64,000 nucleotides of DNA from Octopus bimaculoides (Eukaryota): positions 36,708,466 through 36,772,465 of the forward strand of contig NC_068995.1 of NCBI RefSeq assembly GCF_001194135.2, written 5' to 3'. The first letter of the stretch is position 1. Every line of letters begins with the position of its first letter. Below the pieces are notes generated by a model. That model had not been told where the DNA came from, searched no databases, and was given only the letters and a program-made list of their open reading frames with translations. Of this stretch, positions 50,171 to 61,488 are shown in pieces. The position numbers and the translations under genes are program-made.

Positions 50171-51920
50171 TTACAAACTTTCAACTGTCTTTGAGACTTA
50201 CATGTCATTCAGCTTCAAGTGCTTCTAATTTCCCTCTTCCTCATCGTCATCCTCTTCTTCCTCATTATCATTTTAACATCCTCTTTGCCATACTTGCATG
50301 GGTCAGACAGAATTTCTTTCAGGAGCAAGGTTGATTTTCTACTTCTGGATGTCCTTCCCATAGCCAACCCTCACCTGTATGACACTGACACTCCACACAT
50401 ACACACACACTATACACAAGGGGTCTCTTTCAGTTTCTGACTCTCAAATCCACTTGGGTTGGCCTGGAGGCATAGTAGATGATACTTGCCCAAGGTGCCA
50501 TGCAGTGAGAGAGAACCTAGAACCATGTGTTTGGAATGCAAACTTCTTGACCTGTACCTTATTTGACATTTTTATCCTAATAGCAGCTGGTAATTGTACA
50601 GCAGCACTGGTAATTGCAGGTGACACCTTACTACACAAACAGACTAATTGTAAATTAATGAGGAAGTCTTTATGGAGTCACTTGACCTGCTGAAAATAGC
50701 AACTAAATCTCTCTTAAATCACATGCTAGCTATTTTAACAAAGAGAAGTAATATATAGAGTAAGATAGTCTGAAATAACTATGTTAGCAAAGGTAAGATG
50801 GTTATGGTTAAGATGTCTTTGGTCACAGGTCTGCTTGTTAGGGAGTGGCCAGGTGCAAAACAACAACTATAATCATACTAGTTAAAGTCAGGATATCTTT
50901 GATCATAGGCGTACTTGATTAGGACTGGCCTGGGGTTAAACAACAATTATAACCATACTAGTTAAAGTTAGGGTGTTTTGATCATAGGCGTACTTGATTA
51001 GGACTGGCCTGGGGCTATAACCATACAAGTTTAAGTGAGTATTTAACAAGGTGGTAACAACTCAAATTGATGTTTTCAGTATCTCAGCAACTTCGCCTGG
51101 TTTCATATACTGTAAATGTATTTATAGCAAGCTTCTCTGTTTGTTCCAGTCTCTATATCAGTGGATACTTCCATGCTTTTTTTTTTTTATGAGAGCAAGA
51201 GCATCTGTGTCTTTTCAGCTATACTTTAGCTGTCCACTCATACAGGCAACATCAAAGACGTAAGAATAAGCCCACACAATTCGTATTTATTAATAATTAC
51301 AGACATTACTACTGGAGGGCATACACCAGTCTTTTAACTGACGTTTACACACAACAGAGTGATAATACATTGGATTGAAGACTGATTGCTCTGGGTGTTC
51401 AAATGCTTGTATAGAAATGAATAGCTTAAATAACATACATGCCTTTGGAGTAAATACTTTTTGTCACTCCTAGTTCTTGTGCAGAAAATCTGTGTGTGTG
51501 TGTGTGAGAGAGAGAGGGAGAGAGAGAGAAAGAGAAAGGGGAGAGAGAAAAAGAGGAAGAGATAGACAGTCAGAACAAGTGAGAGACAAAGAAATATAGA
51601 CTGAGACAGATACACATGTATGCATATGTGTGTATGTATGCATATGCATACACACATATGTATGTATACATATATACACGTGTGTGTATGGATGCAACTG
51701 TATGTAGCCAGTTAAGGAGGAGTGAGAAACAGAAAGTTCATTACAGAGAGTAAAGGTCATTAATAAATAACTCCAGTCTGATTTGACTGCATAGCTGAGA
51801 CTGTATGTGCAAATGGATGTACCAGGAAAATGTAAACAAATGTCTAGACAATGTCTCTGTGGGCAGAAAAGACGACTCAATCCAATTTGTCAGCACAAGC
51901 TATACATTATATAACAGTAA

Positions 51921-52357
51921 GGCGGCGAGCTGGCAGAAACGTTAGCACGCCGGGCGAGATGCTTAGCGATATTTTGTCTGCCGTTACATTCTGAGTTCAA
52001 ATTCCGCCGAGGTCGACTTTGCCTTTCCTCCTTTCAGGGTCAATAAATTCAGTACCAGTTATGCACTGGGGTCGATGTAACCGACTTAATCCTTTTGTCT
52101 GTCCTTGTTTGTCCCCTCTATGTTTAGCCCCTTGTGGGCAATAAAGAAATAAGAAACGTTAGCACGCCGGGCAAAATGCTTAGCGGTTCTGAGTTCTGAG
52201 TTCAAATTCCACCGAGGTCGATTTTGCCTTTCATCCTTTCGGGGTCGATAAATTAAGTACCAGTTACGCACTGGGGTCGATGTAATCGACTTAATCCCTT
52301 TGTCTGTCCTTGTTTGTCCCCTCTATGTTTAACCCCTTGTGGGCAATAAAGAAATAA
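51921..52357 (+). mobile_element. Two tandem young SINE family A copies
   Basis: Full copy 51921-52153, then a 5'-truncated copy to 52357. Confidence 0.9.
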
Positions 52358-52959
52358 CGAACTACACATTATACAACAGATTTACTCTTATAATAAAGTT
52401 ATAATATCAAATACATGCTGCTAAGAGTATTAATACATCGAACTAAATTAGCTGCCAGAAACATACTTTCTATGCAAATTAGGTTATTTAGTTTTAAGAA
52501 GTCCTTAATCATAATGATGAGATATTTAATACTGCCATGGATAAATAACAGATAACTATGCGGTTTTTAATGACTATTCTAAATATGACTAATACCTCCT
52601 GTTGGGTCAATCTCTTTGTGTTTTGTCTATAGATAGACTATGTAACTATTTAAATTTTCTTAGTATATTTAATGTCGCATGCAGTGGGAACAAAAAATTT
52701 ATAGTACTATAATAGATGGTAGGGTATGATTTGAGACTGCTGTTTCTTGAAGGTCAAGTGACTATACAGAGGAGCTTGAAGGCTCTTGAGGATGATGATG
52801 ATAACATCGTCATTTTAATGCCCACTTTTAGAGTTTATTGAGACAGATTTTCTATACCTGGATACCCTTCCTGTCACCAAGCCCTCACCTGTTTCCAAGC
52901 AAGGTAATATTTCCCCATGGCCAGACGTTTCCGCGTAGATTATTGGGGAATTTCAACCA

Positions 52960-53290
52960 TGTTTCGTGGTCTGCTACCACAACAGCTCCTTTATAGGATC
53001 CAGTTAGCTCAAGACATCATCAGGAGGAACCACGTCCGGTTTCGGCCCCTACTCCCCCGCCCTTTCGGCGGTGTCTTCAGCTCTGGTGTTGGGTGCATGT
53101 CTTCTTTCTTCTATTCCCTGGCCTCTTTGATGCAGCATCAACGAGTGTCAGCGTCCGACTGACCGTCTTGTCAAATTCCCCTTTTTATACCTGCTGCTAG
53201 GCTCCAGCAGGCTGCCCCAGCAAGTTGTCACGTGACACTGTCTAAATTTCCCACTGCTAGGCACCAGCAAGTAGCCCCAGCAAGTTGTCA
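52960..53290 (-). mobile_element. GC-rich insert (LTR or Penelope pseudo-LTR-like) inside a family C repeat
   Basis: Interrupts the family C sequence; minus strand has TATAAAAAGGGG, CTGAAGA, CTGATGA and GAAAC motifs; TG...CA ends possible at about 52960/53238. Confidence 0.4.
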
Positions 53291-54282
53291 TTTCTTGTAT
53301 GACAGTGACATCCACAACTATCCTACAATGTCAAGACAAAGAGACACAAAAATACACACACTCGACTCACTTCACACACATATTCTTTTACTTGGTTCAG
53401 CCATTTTGACGGTGGTCATGCTGTACCACCACCTTAAGGGGTTTTAGTCGAACAAATTGACCCAAGGACTTATTCTTTGTAAGCCTAGTACTTATTTTAT
53501 AGGTCTCTTTCCTCAAACCGTTAAGTTATGGAGACGTAAACACACCAACATTGGTTGTCAAGTGGTGTGTGTGTGTGTGTGTGGTGGGGCAACTACAAAC
53601 ACAATCACAGAAATATATACATATATATGACAATTATATATATATATACGGCAGGCTTCTTTCAGTTTCCGTCTGCCAAATCCACTCACAAGGCTTTGGT
53701 TGGCTCAAGGCTATAGCAGAAGACACTTGCCCAAGGTGCCACACAGTGGAACTGAACCTGGAACTATGAGGTTGCGAAGCAAGCTTCTTACCACACAGCC
53801 ACACCTATGCCAATATGTGTGTGTGTATGCATGCGTGTATGTCGGGCTTCTTCCAGTTTCCATTTACTAAATCCAATCACAAGGCTTTGGTTGCCTCACT
53901 TGCCCAAGGCACCATGCTGTGGATTGAACCCAAGACTACTTGGCTGGGAAGTAAACTACTTAACTACATAGTAATACCTGCATCTTTTATCTTTCATTTG
54001 TTTTAGTCATTTGACTGTGGTCATCCTGGGACACCACCTTGAAGGGTTTAGTCAGTCAAATCAATCCTTGTACTTACTTCTTTAAAGCCTGGTACTGATT
54101 CTATCAGTCTTTTTTGTCAAGCTGCTAAGGTACAGCGATGTAAACAAACCAACACAATTGTCAAGCAAAGGTGGAGGACAAATATATACACAAAGACACA
54201 CACACACACACACACACATGAAACTGGTTATATTTTATAAAAGTCACTTAATGTAACAAATATAAAAATTCTTTAAACATAA

Positions 54283-54444
54283 GTGCAGGCATGACTGTGT
54301 GGTAAGTAGCTTGCTTACCAACCACATGGTTCCAGTTTCAGGCCCACTGCGTGGCACCTTGGGTAAACGTCTTCTACTATAGCTTTGGGCTGACCAAAGC
54401 CTTGTAAGTTGATTTGGTGGACGGAAACTGAAAGAAGCTTGTCG

Positions 54445-54481
<37 letters not shown>

Positions 54482-54684
54482 ATATGTATGTATATATATT
54501 TATATATACATCTATGATTTGTGTGTGTGTCCGTGTTTGTCCTCCACCATGGTGTGTTTACGTCCCCGTAACTTAGAAGTTTGGCAAAAGAGATGGATAG
54601 AATAAGTACTAGGTTTACAAAGAATAAGCCCTGGGATCGATTTGTTCAACTAAAGGCGCTGCTCCAGCATGGTCGCAGTCAAAA
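54283..54684 (+). mobile_element. CORE-type SINE, well-preserved copy
   Basis: GTGGCACCTTGGG core, GGAAACTGAAAGAAGC, (TA)/(TG) tract, intact tail. Confidence 0.85.
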
Positions 54685-55509
54685 GTAGAAGAATACTTTC
54701 ATGCTGTTTCTACCTTCACTTTTTAATTATAATCTTTGAGTTGTATGAATTCTTAACCCCTTTTCAATTAAATACACACACACACACACATATATATATA
54801 TACATGCACACACACACACACTTTTATTCTTTTAGTGGTTTCAGACATTTAACTGCGGCCATGCTGGAGCACTGCCTTTTAGTTGAACAAATCAACCCCA
54901 GGGTTTATTCTTTGCAAGCCTAGTACTTATTATATCGGTCTCTTTTGCCAAGCCACTAGGTTACGGGAACATAAACACACCAACATCAGTGGTCAAACGA
55001 TGGGGGGGGGGACAAATACAGACACACAAGCATACACACACACACACACATATATATACATATGTATATATATTTATGACGGGCTTCTTTCAGTTTCTGT
55101 CTACCAAATCCACTGAGACTATAGTAGAAGGTGCCATGCAGTGGGACTGAATCCAGAACTATGTGGTTCATAAGCAAGCTGCTTACCACTCAGCCACTCC
55201 TGTGCCTACATATGTAAATAACAAACATTTGTTATTTATTTATTTTTTTATGATTCACCTCTCTTGGAACCTGCTCCTTATGTGTTTGAAGTATATTATG
55301 GACCATATATTTAATACAATGTGCATTTCTGGGTTAGCCCAAGGGCTGAAAACATACTCAGTTGGGAACAATTCATTGTGTATATAACCTGAATATCTTT
55401 CTGCCCATACTTTGGTACTAATGTTTGTATTCATCTATAGTTGCTGTGTATGCATTTTAAATTTGAGCAAACCAGGTGCTTTACCATTTAAGTGCCTTAT
55501 TCACCTGAA

Positions 55510-55551
55510 TCTTAATACACACACACACACACATATATATACATATACATA

Positions 55552-55623
<72 letters not shown>

Positions 55624-56620
55624 TACATATACATATATAAAGGATAAAATCCTTTTTTCTTTTTAAAAGCAGAAAAATTTGTCGGCAGCCAGCCATATAC
55701 ATATACACACACACACACACACACACGCACACACACACACACATNNNNNNNNNNNNNNNNNNNNNNNNNNNNNNNNNNNNNNNNNNNNNNNNNNNNNNNN
55801 NNNNNNNNNNNNNNNNNNNNNNNNNNNNNNNNNNNNNNNNTATATATATATATATATATATATATATGACCAAGCTTGTTTTAGTTTCCGTCTACCAAAC
55901 CCACTTACAAGGCTTTAGTTGGCCTGGGGCTATAGTAGAAAACACTTGCCTAAAGAGCCACATAGTGGGACTGAACCTGTAACAGTGTGGTTGAGAAGCA
56001 AACTCTTAACTGCACAACCACACCTGTTGTCTACACATGTTGATACCTTGTCAAAAGAAGTCAATATAAAAACTTGAAGTCAACAGAAATTCAGTGAGAA
56101 AAAAAATATATATGAACTTACTAGTTGCTTCTTCAACCAATTAGGGCTCCAGTTGAAGTGTTTACCATACAGACACACTAACACGATGTTCAGTAAACAA
56201 TATCAATACACTAGCCAAAAGTCTACCACATCGACACACGGCCAAGCTCTATATGTGAACACTGTCCAGCTGTTTACATCAGCACACTGATCAACTGTTT
56301 TAACAATAATGGATATATAAGTATAATAGAATGCAAAGAGGAAGCACTACAAAAAATATAACAACAAAAACTGGTCTTATCACAGAGTGAAATGGTTGGT
56401 AAACAAGTGACCAATATAGTAAGTCTACTTCTAGACCAAAGGATTGTTCTTTGGTCTGTTGCTAAATAAGTGTGTGTCTGAGTGCTTATAGGCAGAAGGG
56501 AAGCACAAGGATGGGCTTGGAACCAGTTTATAAACAGACTTGTGAGTGTGTGTGTGTGTGTACACTAACACACATGCATGTATGCATGCACAGATACATA
56601 AATATCTATGTATCTCTCCC

Positions 56621-56660
<40 letters not shown>

Positions 56661-56749
56661 CAGAGAGAGAGAGGAGAGACGGATGGAGAGACAGACACAG
56701 CTAGATATGTCAGTGTATGCCTATATGTGTACACATACACACAAATACT

Positions 56750-56793
<44 letters not shown>

Positions 56794-57130
56794 TACAGAC
56801 AAATCCATGCATTACACATGCGGAGGAGAGAGAGTGAAAAAGATAAATAAAAGGATATATCCTTGTTTTATGTGCTGTGAATAAATGTGTATACATGCAT
56901 GAATGTATCTACATATGCATGTATGTATATATGCATGCATATATGTATGTAGAGAGAGAGAGTGCGGAAATAAGGAAACCAAAAACGAGATAAGTTCAAA
57001 CTCATAATTATTAATTTTATATATATGTGTGTATATATATATATATATAGATAGATACATACATACACACACACAACACACACATATATACATATATATA
57101 AAAGCATATATAAATATATTTACACACACA

Positions 57131-57202
<72 letters not shown>

Positions 57203-57230
57203 TATATACATATATATATATATACGTAAA
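55510..57230. repeat. Dense (TA)n/(CA)n/(GA)n microsatellite cluster
   Basis: Multiple long dinucleotide runs; source of the many YIYI/THTH/CVCV pseudo-ORFs. Confidence 0.95.
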
Positions 57231-57814
57231 TATGTATAACTATATATGTGTGTATAAATACGTGTGCGTTTTGTGTATGAACAGAAAAGAGAGAGTTAAA
57301 GCAAGTACATTTTTACAATAGAAAGATTAAACTGCACTTAAATATAATTGCCTAGAATGGATGAAAATGTTAAAAGTCCAATTTACAACCGACATCTCCA
57401 TTTTTGCCTTCAAATTATTGCATTTACTTCGTGAAAAGTACAGTGTAACCATCAGAGTAATCTTGAAGGTGGAACTGCTAGTAAAGTTTGCCAATTTTGA
57501 GCAAGTTTTGAATGGAATGGGAAGATAAGAGTTCTTACATTTTTAAGAGGAAAGAAATATTTATTGTTGCTCTTTATCTTTAGTCCAAACTAAACAGGCT
57601 ATGATTAAAGGCATGCCAACCATAATTATATCATGCTTTTTTTTTTTTTTTAAGACAATAGGTTATAATTTGAGGGTGATTTGACTGTTATTTCTAGTAG
57701 GCCAAACAACCACAAGGCAGCTTTTATCTTTTACTTGCTTCAGTCATAAGGAAGTAGCTATACTGGGACACTGCCTTGAAGAATTCAGTTGAACAAACAC
57801 ACACACATGAAAAC

Positions 57815-57865
57815 ACATCTCTGATGAGAACTCCAATAAGGGTTGAAACTTGATTTAGGCTGTTC
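57815..57865 (+). ncRNA. Decayed hammerhead-like motif
   Basis: ACATCT-CTGATGA-G-AACTC CAATAA GGGTT-GAAAC-TTGA...AGGCTGT; stem III broken. Confidence 0.3.
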
Positions 57866-58463
57866 ATCATTTTCTTCAATCTGCAGAGAAATAGGTAAGA
57901 TTTATGTGTTTGTATGTCTTCTATGTAGGCTTCCACACACACACAACTTTGTTCATTTACCCCTCAGCTCTACCCATTTTGGCAGCCTGCTTCCCCATAT
58001 CCTCATTTTCCTTCCCATACAATCTCACAAACTACCTATTTCTACTCACCTTGTGCCTTGTGGGGGCACCTGAGCACCTCAGTGCTACTGTCTATCTCTT
58101 GCAGCTGCAACAATTCATTTTCTCTTTTCCTCTTTCCCTTTCCTCTATTACATGTGAGCAGCCATGCAAACGACCCCCAACTTCTCACAATAATGTCCTC
58201 ATCCTTTAGCATGAAGTTGACCCCCTCCCCACTTCTCCCCAAGGGTCATACTCCTGTGAGTTGCATGGCAACCTTACTAGTGCTGGTGGTACAGAAAAAA
58301 AAAGCGCCCAGTCCATGCCGTAAAGTGGTGAGTGTTAGGAAGGGTATCCAGCTATAGAAGCCAAGTCATTTGAGCACTACGCAGTTCTCAGACACATCAG
58401 ACCCTGTCAAACCTTGCAACACATGCTAAGATGGAACATAGACATTAAATGATGATAATGATG

Positions 58464-58494
<31 letters not shown>

Positions 58495-58849
58495 CTTAGA
58501 TAAATATACACACACATAGAACAAGCTTTCACACAGTTTCCATCTCCCAAATTCACTCACAGGACACTGATTGGCCCAGGGCTATAGTAAAAGACACTTA
58601 CCTAAGACGCTGCGCAGTGGGACTGAACCTGAAACCACATGGCTGCCTGTGCCTATGAAGTCAAGAAAATTTCATGGTTGTGACTGAGAGCTTAGGATGT
58701 TTACATACCAGCTGTGTGGTACCCTGGACAAGTGTTTTCTACCATAGCGAATGTCTTGTGAGTGAAATTTGGTGTAAACAGAAAATGCATGGGAGCTTAT
58801 GTGTGTGTGTGTGTGTGTATTATCTATTATATAATGTATATATTATATA

Positions 58850-59664
58850 CTAGCTTAAAAGCGGCTGTTTGTGCTTTTAACCTAGCTCCTGCGGAGGGCT
58901 AATTGGACCTACAACCCAAAACTAAAAAGAGCAAAATACATACATATACATATACCCAGGCCTATTCCCCATTTTTTTTTTTTTTGAATGGGTAGCCACA
59001 GCAAGACACACACCAGGCATTCTATTCATTTCCCAGCTCAAAGGGGCGAGCCCTGTTCTATGCTCGGGTCAAGGCATAGAACGTAACCCACAATATCAGC
59101 AGTGGGGCCTGACAGCATATGCTGGTTTACCCCCGCTACATCATGTTGGTTCCATACCACTTTGAGCAACATTAAAATTCACTCATCCATCCGCAAACAC
59201 TCTCCACACTTTTCTATCAAGCATGACTATAATACATCTATAATGACTATATGCCCCAGTGGTGTTTGATCAGAAGTTGAGGACGGATGAGAATTAATTC
59301 TGTAATGCAATCATTCTATTGTTCCAGTCCCAAGTTGAATTCCAACTGTTGGTCAATTTGTCCCAATTTGTCTTATCTCAACATAAAATCAATGAAGCAA
59401 ATGTCCTTTATCTCCCCATTGATCTGACGTCATCTGACAAACACCAACCAAGATGGCATGAATCAGCCAAACTTTACCTGCTAGAAATAGCAACCTAAAT
59501 TCTTTTAAATCAGATCCCAATGCTGGATGTTCAAGAACCAAATGAAAGGCAGATTTTCAATCCAGGGATCATCCTGATTCCAAAAAGGTCTATATAGAGC
59601 AAATGTAGACTGAGATACAGAGGTTCCAGACAGACAGAGAGAATTTTGCTTTTATTAATATAGA
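58850..59664 (-). mobile_element. Non-autonomous Helitron-like element
   Basis: Minus strand A|TCTATATTAATAAAAGCAAAATTCTCTCTGTCTGTC 5' end; AAAAGC..GCTTTT hairpin then CTAG|T 3' end; A|T insertion site. Confidence 0.55.
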
Positions 59665-60690
59665 TTATATATATGAGGATGCATGATGTAGTGGTTAGGG
59701 TGTTGCACTCACGATTGGGAAATCGTGGTTTCAATTTCTAGAATAGGTGATGCATTGTGTTCTTGAGCAAAAGACTTCATCTCACATTGCTCTGTAATCA
59801 CTTCAACACCTGACGTGTGCACACCTTCGGGGCTGTCTTTAAACCAATTAGACAGATTTGTGTGCTTACATTGCTTGTGACTTTACTAATGCCAGTGGTG
59901 ACTTCATTAATGTCAGTGACATGAAAAAAAGCACACAATATACTCTGTAAAATGGTTGGCATTAAGAAGGGCATCCAGCCATAGAAACCATGCCAAACCA
60001 GACATTGGAACTTGATGCAGCCTTCTGGTTCGTTAGATCCTGTCAAACTGTCCAACTCATGCCAGCATGAGTGTTGTTAAAGATGGCTGTTAAATGATCA
60101 TGATGATTGTAATGTGTGTGTATGTGTGCACGCATGCATGTATGTATGTATATATGCATGTGTGTATGCATGTGTGTGTGTGTTTATATTTACCTGTCAA
60201 TGTTTACCACTAAGTAAGCAGTGATGTTTGACAAATACAAATTGATAAAATAAGTACCAGACTTAAGTGTAAAAAAAAAAAAAATACTAAGGTCAATGTG
60301 GCAGACTAAACTCTTGAAGACAGTGCCCCAGCATGGCCTCAGTCCAATGACCAAAAGAAGAAAAGAAGTAAAAATTAAAAACAAAAAAAAAAGCAAGACT
60401 AGCACTGAGAAACACAGATCTAAAGAATGTGTAGAATGTGTGCAAATGTGTGTGGGCAGGAGGGTAAGGTGTTAAAAGAGAAAAGAAGGGGTGGATTGTA
60501 ACCAGGTAAAAAGGTTGCTAATAGGAAATCAGTGGCCAAAATGACAAAGCAAAAAGGTGGTGGCGAGGAAGGACAGGTTGGTGGCTTATTGTACACTAAC
60601 AGAAACAATGACATAACTATTACAATTTATTAATTACTGGGGAAGCAGATACAAGAGCAAAGGCTACATACTATTGTGGTTTAGCTAGAC

Positions 60691-60885
60691 CAGGGGTCCC
60701 CAAACTTTTGAGACCATCAACTCCTTCATAGAATCCTTGACCCCTAATCGACCCCCAGGCATGTGCAAGAAAATGAATAAATAATAATAATAATAATAAT
60801 AATAAGTAGATGTGCATTTACCGACCCCCTTGAATAGTCCCATTGATCCCCCAGGGGTCAATATTGACCACATTGGAGACCCCTG
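60691..60885. mobile_element. hAT MITE with perfect 8-bp TSD
   Basis: AGCTAGAC|CAGGGGTCCCCAA ... TTGGAGACCCCTG|AGCTAGAC. Confidence 0.92.
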
Positions 60886-61160
60886 AGCTAGACATATCTA
60901 ACACAATTCACCACTGCCAACATCACCAACACCACCACAGCCTCTGCCACCACCATCACAACCACCATTTTATTTTCATGTCCACTTTTTAATGCTCACA
61001 TGGGTCTGATAGAATTTGTTGAGGTTGATTTTTCTAGGGCCAGATGCCCTCCCTGGTGCCAACCCCACCTGTTTCCAAGTAAGGTAATATTTCCCCATGA
61101 CTGACACTCGTTTACAACAACTATCACACAGTCAAGACAAGGAGATAGTAATACACACAA

Positions 61161-61191
<31 letters not shown>

Positions 61192-61198
61192 AAACAGC

Positions 61199-61436
61199 TG
61201 CAGCGTGGGAGGTGTTTATAAGCCATTTAAGAAACACAGCACAAAATTTTGTCAGTGAACGGGTCGCAGTCTCAAAGCGACGAAAATATTTTGACAAATT
61301 AAATTTAAATGTTGAAGTGAATCTAACAGTTTTTGTGTGTTATTTTAAATGGCTTATAAACACCTCCCACGCTGCAATTGCTTTCGTTCCAGTACACGAT
61401 CTCAGATCAGGTCACTTGCTATGCAAGTACATCTCC

Positions 61437-61440
<4 letters not shown>
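61199..61440 (+). mobile_element. (TA)n-embedded Penelope-like/retrozyme-like mini-element with variant hammerhead (61245-61300)
   Basis: Perfect 32-bp inverted repeat (61199-61230 / 61345-61376) enclosing TTTGTCA-GTGAACG-G-GTCGC..GCGAC-GAA-AATATT-T-TGACAAA. Confidence 0.55.

Positions 61441-61488
<48 letters not shown>

Noticed and set aside
50858-51040. ~80-bp tandem duplication
   Set aside because: Appears to be multimerised tails of a common repeat; no unique structure.
56116-56330. Possible upstream non-coding CCDC28 exon ending at CTA|GTAAGT (56122)
   Set aside because: A single donor match 24 kb from the gene with no promoter signature; cannot be supported without transcripts.
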